From assembly GCF_000737315.1 (NCBI RefSeq), contig NZ_JMCB01000013.1, positions 124,001 to 188,000 of the forward strand: a stretch of DNA of 64,000 bases, in the 5' to 3' direction. The notes under the pieces were generated by a model that saw nothing but the letters and a program-made list of their open reading frames with translations, did not search any database and had not been told where the DNA came from. Source of the DNA: Hyalangium minutum (GTDB lineage: Bacteria > Myxococcota > Myxococcia > Myxococcales > Myxococcaceae). Positions 58,756 through 64,000 of this stretch are shown here, one piece after another (positions within the stretch are counted from its first letter, which is position 1; every line of letters starts with the position of its first letter). The position numbers were made by a program, and so were the translations under genes.

Positions 58756-59786
58756 GGCTCGATGACCGCCGTGGCCTCGCCCTGGCCCTGTTCCACGCGC
58801 CCCACCTCCGATGCCTTCACGCCTCGCGCGCTCAGCACACTCAGCGCCTGCGCCACGTCCTCCTTCGCCACCACCACGATCAGCCCCAGCCCCATGTTGA
58901 ACGTGGAGAACATCTCGTCACGCGCCACCCCGCCCACTTTCGCGATCAGATCGAAGATAGGAGGTCGGCTCCACGCCTTCTCGCTCAGCACCGCCCGCGT
59001 TCCGTCCGGCAGGCAGCGGGGCAGGTTGCCCGGAATGCCGCTCCCGGTGATGTGCGCCATGCCCTTCACCTTCACCGCCTTCGCCAGTGCCAGCGCGTCC
59101 TTCACGTAGATCTTCGTGGGCTCCAGCAGCGCATCCGCCAGCGGCCGGCCCAGGCCCGCGGGCGTCTCCTTCAGCGGCAGCTTCCCGTCGTCCAGCAGCA
59201 CCTTGCGCGCCAGCGAGTACCCGTTCGAGTGCAGCCCCGACGACGGCAGGCCGATCAGCGCATCGCCCGGCATCACCGTCCGCCCATCGATGATCTCCGA
59301 GCGCTCCACCACCCCCACGCAGAACCCCGCCACGTCGTACTCGCCCCGTGAGTAGAACCCCGGCATCTCCGCCGTCTCGCCGCCCAGCAGTGTGCATCCG
59401 GCCTGCTCGCAGCCCAACGCGATGCCCTTCACCACCGCGGCTGCCGCGTCCACCTCCAGCCTCGATGTGGCGAAGTAGTCCAGGAAGAACAGCGGCTCCG
59501 CGCCACAGGTGAGGATGTCGTTCACCGACATGGCCACCAGGTCGATGCCCACCGTGTCGTGCCGCCCTGCCAGGAATGCCACCTTCAGCTTCGTGCCCAC
59601 CCCGTCCGTGCCCGCCACCAGCACCGGCTCCCGGTACTTGCCCGGGGGCAGGGCGAACAGTCCTCCGAAGCCGCCCACTCCAGCCACCACCTCGGGCCGC
59701 ATCGTGCGCGCAGCGTACGGCTTGATCCGCTCGACGAAGGCGTCTCCCGCCTCGATGTCCACTCCGGCCTGCTTGTAGGTCGTCAC
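58752..59786 (-). CDS. purM: Phosphoribosylformylglycinamidine cyclo-ligase (AIR synthetase)
   Basis: [37 protein letters not shown] and AHITG motifs; GTG 59786. Confidence 0.97.
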   Translation of the reverse strand: MTTYKQAGVDIEAGDAFVERIKPYAARTMRPEVVAGVGGFGGLFALPPGKYREPVLVAGTDGVGTKLKVAFLAGRHDTVGIDLVAMSVNDILTCGAEPLFFLDYFATSRLEVDAAAAVVKGIALGCEQAGCTLLGGETAEMPGFYSRGEYDVAGFCVGVVERSEIIDGRTVMPGDALIGLPSSGLHSNGYSLARKVLLDDGKLPLKETPAGLGRPLADALLEPTKIYVKDALALAKAVKVKGMAHITGSGIPGNLPRCLPDGTRAVLSEKAWSRPPIFDLIAKVGGVARDEMFSTFNMGLGLIVVVAKEDVAQALSVLSARGVKASEVGRVEQGQGEATAVIEP

Positions 59787-59876
59787 GGGCGGCCTTCTAC
59801 CGGCAAGCCCCCGCCCTTGTCTCGGCCCAGAAGCGCAGGTGTCGTGTTTGCGGCTACCATGGCGCCTCACTTCCGG

Positions 59877-62264
59877 ATGAAGAACTTTCTCTCGCGCCAT
59901 CGCTTCGAGGTGCTCGCCCTCGGCCTCGCCGTCCTCTTCGGCTTCCTGCATGTGTGGGTGGATGACGCCCCCGTCATTGGCAGCCGGGTCGATGACAAGG
60001 CCGCGCCCCTGCTCATCCGGGCCCTCCAGGCCGCCGAAGGCCGCATCACTGATCTCCAGTTCGCTCTCCGAGGCCGCCGCCCCGCCCACCCGGATGTCGT
60101 CGTCGTCGCCGTGGACGAGAAGAGTGCCCAGCGTTACGGCCTCTGGCCCTGGCCGAGAGATCTCCTGGCCCGCGCAATGGACCGGCTCCGAGAGGCAGGG
60201 GCCGGGGCTGTCGGCCTCGACATGATCTTTGCCGACGAGGTGGTCGACCGGCGCGCCCAGGCCTACGCCGGAGCGCTCGAGGAGCTGGATCGGGCGCTCT
60301 CCCAGGGCTCCCCCGAGAGCGCCGCCGCCCTGGCCGCTTACCGCGAGGAACTGAGCCGGCGGGCCGCCGTCAACACGGACTCCATCCTCGCCGCGTCCCT
60401 CAACCGCTTCCCTCAGGTCGTCCAAGGCATCGTCGTCTATCCCCCGAAGGAACGGGCGCGGTTCGCCAGCAAGGCCGAGGAGTGGACCCGGCTCCTTGAA
60501 CCTCACCTGATCCGCGAATTCCCGGGCGAGATCGCCGGGTCTTCACTCACGCACAAGGTAGACCTCGCCACGCTTCGCAGCTGGCGCATGGACTCCGCGC
60601 AGCTCCCGCTGTCCCTGTTCGCCGAGGCCAGCCGGCACCTGGGGTTCTTCAACTCCGCCGTGGATCCCGACGGCACCTTGCGCCGCATGCCCCTGTTCGC
60701 CTTGCTGGAGCGCCCGCGCGGGCTGGCCGTCTCGTTGGAGCTCCAGACGGCGGCCGCCTACCTGGGCGCCCAGGTCGAGCCGGTGGCAGACCCCGCCCAG
60801 AACCAAATCATCGGCGCCCGCTTCCGCCGCCCGGACGGAAAGCTGCTGCCCCTGCGCGTGCCCCTGCCGCACGACGAGCCCTTCTGGCTCATCAACTACC
60901 CGGGGCCTGCCAGCAGCTTCGTCACCCTGAGCCTGTCGGACGTGGTGGACGGCGCCTTTGACCCCGCGGCAGTGCGCGGCAAGGCGGTGCTCGTGGGCGT
61001 GACGCTGGTGGGCAACTACGACCAGCGCGTTACCCCCTTCAATGAATTCGAGTCCGGCGTCTACATCCACGCCGCCGCGCTCTCCAACATCCTCTCCCAG
61101 GACTTCCTCTTCCGGCCCCAGGAGACCCAGCCGCTCGAGCTACTCTTCATGCTCGGCACGGCCCTGCTATTGGCCCGCCTCCTGCCCCGGGTGCGCTTCG
61201 CCTGGAAGCTGGGCTCCGTGGCGCTGCTCATCACCGTGTGGCTCGTCGTGGATCAGGTTCTCTTCACCCGCGGCATCCAGGTGGCCACGGTGATGCCCCT
61301 GGTCAGCCTCATCACCTCGGCCTTCGCCGTCATCTTCCTGGGCTACTTCTCCGTGGATGCGGAGAAGGCCCAGCTGCACGCCGAGAAAGCCCGTCTGCGC
61401 AAGGCGTTCCAGCACTACCTGGACGCCAGCGTCATGGAGCAGGTGCTCGCCCACCCGGACAAGCTCAAGCTTGGCGGCGAGCGCAAGGAGCTCTCCGTTC
61501 TCTTCTCCGACATCCGCGGCTTCACCACGCTCTCCGAGCACATGACGCCCGAGCAGCTCGTCAGCTTCATCAACCAGTACCTCACCCCCATGACGGATGT
61601 CGTCTTCGCCCAAGGGGGGACGCTCGACAAGTACATCGGCGATGCGATCATGGCCTTCTGGGGCGCTCCGGTGGATCAGCCGGACCACGCCGTGCGTGCC
61701 TGCGCCGCTGCCCTGGGCTTCCTCGAGAAGCTCTCCGGCCTGCGGGCCCGCTGGCGCGCCGCCGGTCTGCCCGAGATGGACATCGGTGTGGGCATCAGCA
61801 GTGGCCTCATGAACGTGGGCCACATGGGCACCGAGAACCGCTTCAACTACACCGTCATGGGGGACGCGGTGAACCTCGCCTCGCGTCTCGAGGGCCTCAA
61901 CAAGGCCTATGACACCCGCATCCTCATCTCCGCCGACACCTATGCCCAGGCGCGTGGCCATATTGCCGCCCGGCGGCTCGGAGTGGTCCGTGTCAAGGGA
62001 AAGCGCGAGCCCACCGACATCTACGAGCTGCGCGCCATGGGCACCCCCGTGGGCCCGGATGCCGAGGCCATCCAGGCTTTCGAGGCCGGTGTGGCCTGCT
62101 TCCTCGCCCGAGACTTCTCAACCGCTGAGATTCACTTCCGCCAGGTGGTGGCCCTCTGGCCCGAGGACGGGCCCAGCCTCCGCTACCTGGAGGAGATCAA
62201 CACCCTGAAGTGGAACCGCCCCGGGCCCGACTGGGACGGGGTGTTCACCGCGACCACGAAGTAG
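59877..62264 (+). CDS. CHASE2-domain membrane class III adenylate cyclase
   Basis: CHASE2 ([13 protein letters not shown]), 3 [19 protein letters not shown] and [15 protein letters not shown]; K/T residues point to ATP specificity; start 59859 or 59877. Confidence 0.92.
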   Translation: MKNFLSRHRFEVLALGLAVLFGFLHVWVDDAPVIGSRVDDKAAPLLIRALQAAEGRITDLQFALRGRRPAHPDVVVVAVDEKSAQRYGLWPWPRDLLARAMDRLREAGAGAVGLDMIFADEVVDRRAQAYAGALEELDRALSQGSPESAAALAAYREELSRRAAVNTDSILAASLNRFPQVVQGIVVYPPKERARFASKAEEWTRLLEPHLIREFPGEIAGSSLTHKVDLATLRSWRMDSAQLPLSLFAEASRHLGFFNSAVDPDGTLRRMPLFALLERPRGLAVSLELQTAAAYLGAQVEPVADPAQNQIIGARFRRPDGKLLPLRVPLPHDEPFWLINYPGPASSFVTLSLSDVVDGAFDPAAVRGKAVLVGVTLVGNYDQRVTPFNEFESGVYIHAAALSNILSQDFLFRPQETQPLELLFMLGTALLLARLLPRVRFAWKLGSVALLITVWLVVDQVLFTRGIQVATVMPLVSLITSAFAVIFLGYFSVDAEKAQLHAEKARLRKAFQHYLDASVMEQVLAHPDKLKLGGERKELSVLFSDIRGFTTLSEHMTPEQLVSFINQYLTPMTDVVFAQGGTLDKYIGDAIMAFWGAPVDQPDHAVRACAAALGFLEKLSGLRARWRAAGLPEMDIGVGISSGLMNVGHMGTENRFNYTVMGDAVNLASRLEGLNKAYDTRILISADTYAQARGHIAARRLGVVRVKGKREPTDIYELRAMGTPVGPDAEAIQAFEAGVACFLARDFSTAEIHFRQVVALWPEDGPSLRYLEEINTLKWNRPGPDWDGVFTATTK

Positions 62265-62317
62265 GCCCCCATCTAAATTTGACCCCGAGGGTGGGGGCTG
62301 CTTGACTCGGTCTCCAG

Positions 62318-62968
62318 ATGGGCGCCGAGGAAACCCTCTTTCAACGTTTCGGCAAGGAGTTCGCCAAGGGCACGGTCCTCTTTCAGGAGGGGGAGCCGGG
62401 CAAGGACATGTTCGTCCTTCAGTCCGGGAAGATCTCCATCTCCAAGAAGGTCCGTGACGTGGAGAAGGTCCTGGCCTTGTTGGGGCCTGGTGAGTTCTTC
62501 GGGGAGATGGCCATCATCTCCAACAAGCCGAGGAACGCCACCGCCACGGTGATGGAGGACGCCAAGCTCCTGGTCATCGACCCGAAGACTTTCGAGGCGA
62601 TGATCCGCGGCAACGCCGAGATCGCCGTGCGGATGATCAAGAAGCTGGCCGAGCGCCTGTCCGAGGCGGACGCCCAGATCGAAAACCTGCTCCTGTCCGA
62701 TCCGGCCAGCCGCGTGGTGCACCAGGTGCTCCAGGTCTGCCAGACGCGCGGCCGGCCCATGGAAGAGGGCATCGAGGTGGACTTCCCCGTGCGCGAGCTG
62801 CCCCGGCTCATCGGCGTGGGCGAGCCGGCCATCCGCCACATGCTGGACCGGCTCGAGCGGGCCGGACTCATCGAGCGCAGTGGTGACAGACTGACCGTGT
62901 ATGACACGGCCCGGCTGCACGACTTCCTCCAGTATCTGGAGATGAAGTGGAAGTTCGGAGACCTCTAG
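62318..62968 (+). CDS. Crp/Fnr family cyclic-nucleotide-binding regulator
   Basis: FQEGEPG...FGEMAII...PRNATA phosphate-binding cassette; C-terminal wHTH. Confidence 0.9.
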   Translation: MGAEETLFQRFGKEFAKGTVLFQEGEPGKDMFVLQSGKISISKKVRDVEKVLALLGPGEFFGEMAIISNKPRNATATVMEDAKLLVIDPKTFEAMIRGNAEIAVRMIKKLAERLSEADAQIENLLLSDPASRVVHQVLQVCQTRGRPMEEGIEVDFPVRELPRLIGVGEPAIRHMLDRLERAGLIERSGDRLTVYDTARLHDFLQYLEMKWKFGDL

Positions 62969-62969
62969 G

Positions 62970-63725
62970 GTGAAGCTGCAAGTCCTCGGCTGTCACGGCG
63001 GCGAACTGCCCTCGTGCCGGACCACATGCTTCCTCGTGGATGACGTGCTCGCGCTGGACGCGGGCGCGCTCACGAGCACGCTCACGCTCGATCAGCTGTG
63101 CAAGGTGGACGACATCCTCGTCGGCCACAGCCACTTCGACCATGTGAAGGATCTGCCCCTGCTGGCGGATCTGGTGATTGGCCGCCGGGACTCGCCCGTC
63201 ACCATTCACGCGTCGCGCGAGTGCGCCAAGGCGCTGCGCGACTACATGTTCAACAACTCGTTGTGGCCGGACTTCACCCGCATCCCCACGCGCAAAGAGC
63301 CGGTGCTCCGCATCAAGACGTTCCGCGCCGGGAGCACCTTCGAGGTCGGCCGCTACACCGTGCAGTCCATCCCCGTGAGCCACCCGGTGGAGTCCTGCGG
63401 CTTCGTCGTCTCCCATGGGGGCTCCTCCCTGGCCATGAGCGGCGACACCGGCCCCACCGACAAGCTGTGGCGGGCGCTCAACCAGGTGAAGAACCTCAAG
63501 GCGCTGCTGGTGGAGACCAGCTTCCCCAACGCGCTCCAGGAACTGGCGGACCTGTCCGGCCACCTCACGCCCAAGACGCTCCAGTCCGAGCTCACCAAGT
63601 TCCACCGCAACGGCGCCGAGGTGCTGCTGTACCACCTCAAGCCCGCCTTCGTGAGCCAGCTCAAGCGCGAGCTGGCAGGACTCCCCGTGGAGATCCTTGA
63701 ACTCGGAGATACCTTCGAGTTCTGA
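62970..63725 (+). CDS. Class II (metallo-beta-lactamase fold) 3',5'-cyclic nucleotide phosphodiesterase
   Basis: VLGCHGG, LDAG, HSHFDHVKDL, SHPV, SGDTG, ETSFPN, GHLTP and YHLKP motifs. Confidence 0.88.
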   Translation: MKLQVLGCHGGELPSCRTTCFLVDDVLALDAGALTSTLTLDQLCKVDDILVGHSHFDHVKDLPLLADLVIGRRDSPVTIHASRECAKALRDYMFNNSLWPDFTRIPTRKEPVLRIKTFRAGSTFEVGRYTVQSIPVSHPVESCGFVVSHGGSSLAMSGDTGPTDKLWRALNQVKNLKALLVETSFPNALQELADLSGHLTPKTLQSELTKFHRNGAEVLLYHLKPAFVSQLKRELAGLPVEILELGDTFEF

Positions 63726-63786
63726 CGGGGTGCGTTGTACCGGAAGGGTTGACGGCCGCCCCCGGCCAGATTAACCCCGCGCCTCC

Positions 63787-64000
63787 ATGGCATGGTTCTC
63801 CAAGAAGCCCCGTATTTCGACGCGTCAGGAGCCCTCTCAGGAGGAGCCCTCTCGCATGCAAGGCCTCTGGGCCAAGTGCGAGAGCTGTGACGAGATCATC
63901 TATCGCCAGGAGCTGGAGAAGAACTGGATGGTGTGCCCGCACTGCGAGCACCACCACCCCTGGACGGCGCGCTCCCGGCTGGCCGGCCTCCTGGACCCCG
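63787..64000 (+). CDS. accD: Acetyl-CoA carboxylase carboxyltransferase beta subunit, 3' partial
   Basis: GLWAKCESC.EIIY..ELEKNWMVCPHC zinc ribbon. Confidence 0.88.
   Translation, partial: MAWFSKKPRISTRQEPSQEEPSRMQGLWAKCESCDEIIYRQELEKNWMVCPHCEHHHPWTARSRLAGLLDP

Noticed and set aside
63826-63852. Short tandem repeat CAGGAGCCCTCT / CAGGAGGAGCCCTCT
   Set aside because: An in-frame low-complexity duplication in the variable AccD N-terminal linker (QEPS-QEEPS).

Overview
High-GC myxobacterial chromosome segment (Myxococcales; gene content and order resemble the Myxococcus xanthus pdhABC-asgA-gltX-che4-anmK-murQ-rpmB-purMN region, by recollection only). The core includes pdhABC, an AsgA-like REC-histidine kinase, gltX followed by tRNA-Gln(CTG) and tRNA-Glu(CTC), an operon with two MYXO-CTERM zinc proteases, a Ser/Thr kinase with a TonB C-terminal domain, and a Che4-type chemosensory cluster lacking cheB. 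It also holds an ABC permease-M1 peptidase fusion, a heparinase II/III-like gene plus nucleotide-sugar dehydrogenase, an exported TldD-like protein, an orphan MglA-like GTPase, anmK/murQ, rpmB, purNM, a cyclase-CRP-phosphodiesterase cAMP module and the start of accD. Probable accessory inserts are a methyltransferase pseudogene cut off by a large Ig-repeat lipoprotein gene, an MFS/TetR/SDR cassette, a Sel1 lipoprotein, and a lower-GC pair of lipoprotein genes whose first member carries a complete JAMM/JAB motif (E..HxHx7SxxD). That pair is the best candidate for an undescribed system. I saw no CRISPR array, integrase, transposase or rRNA. All family assignments come from motif recognition by eye; no database search was run.
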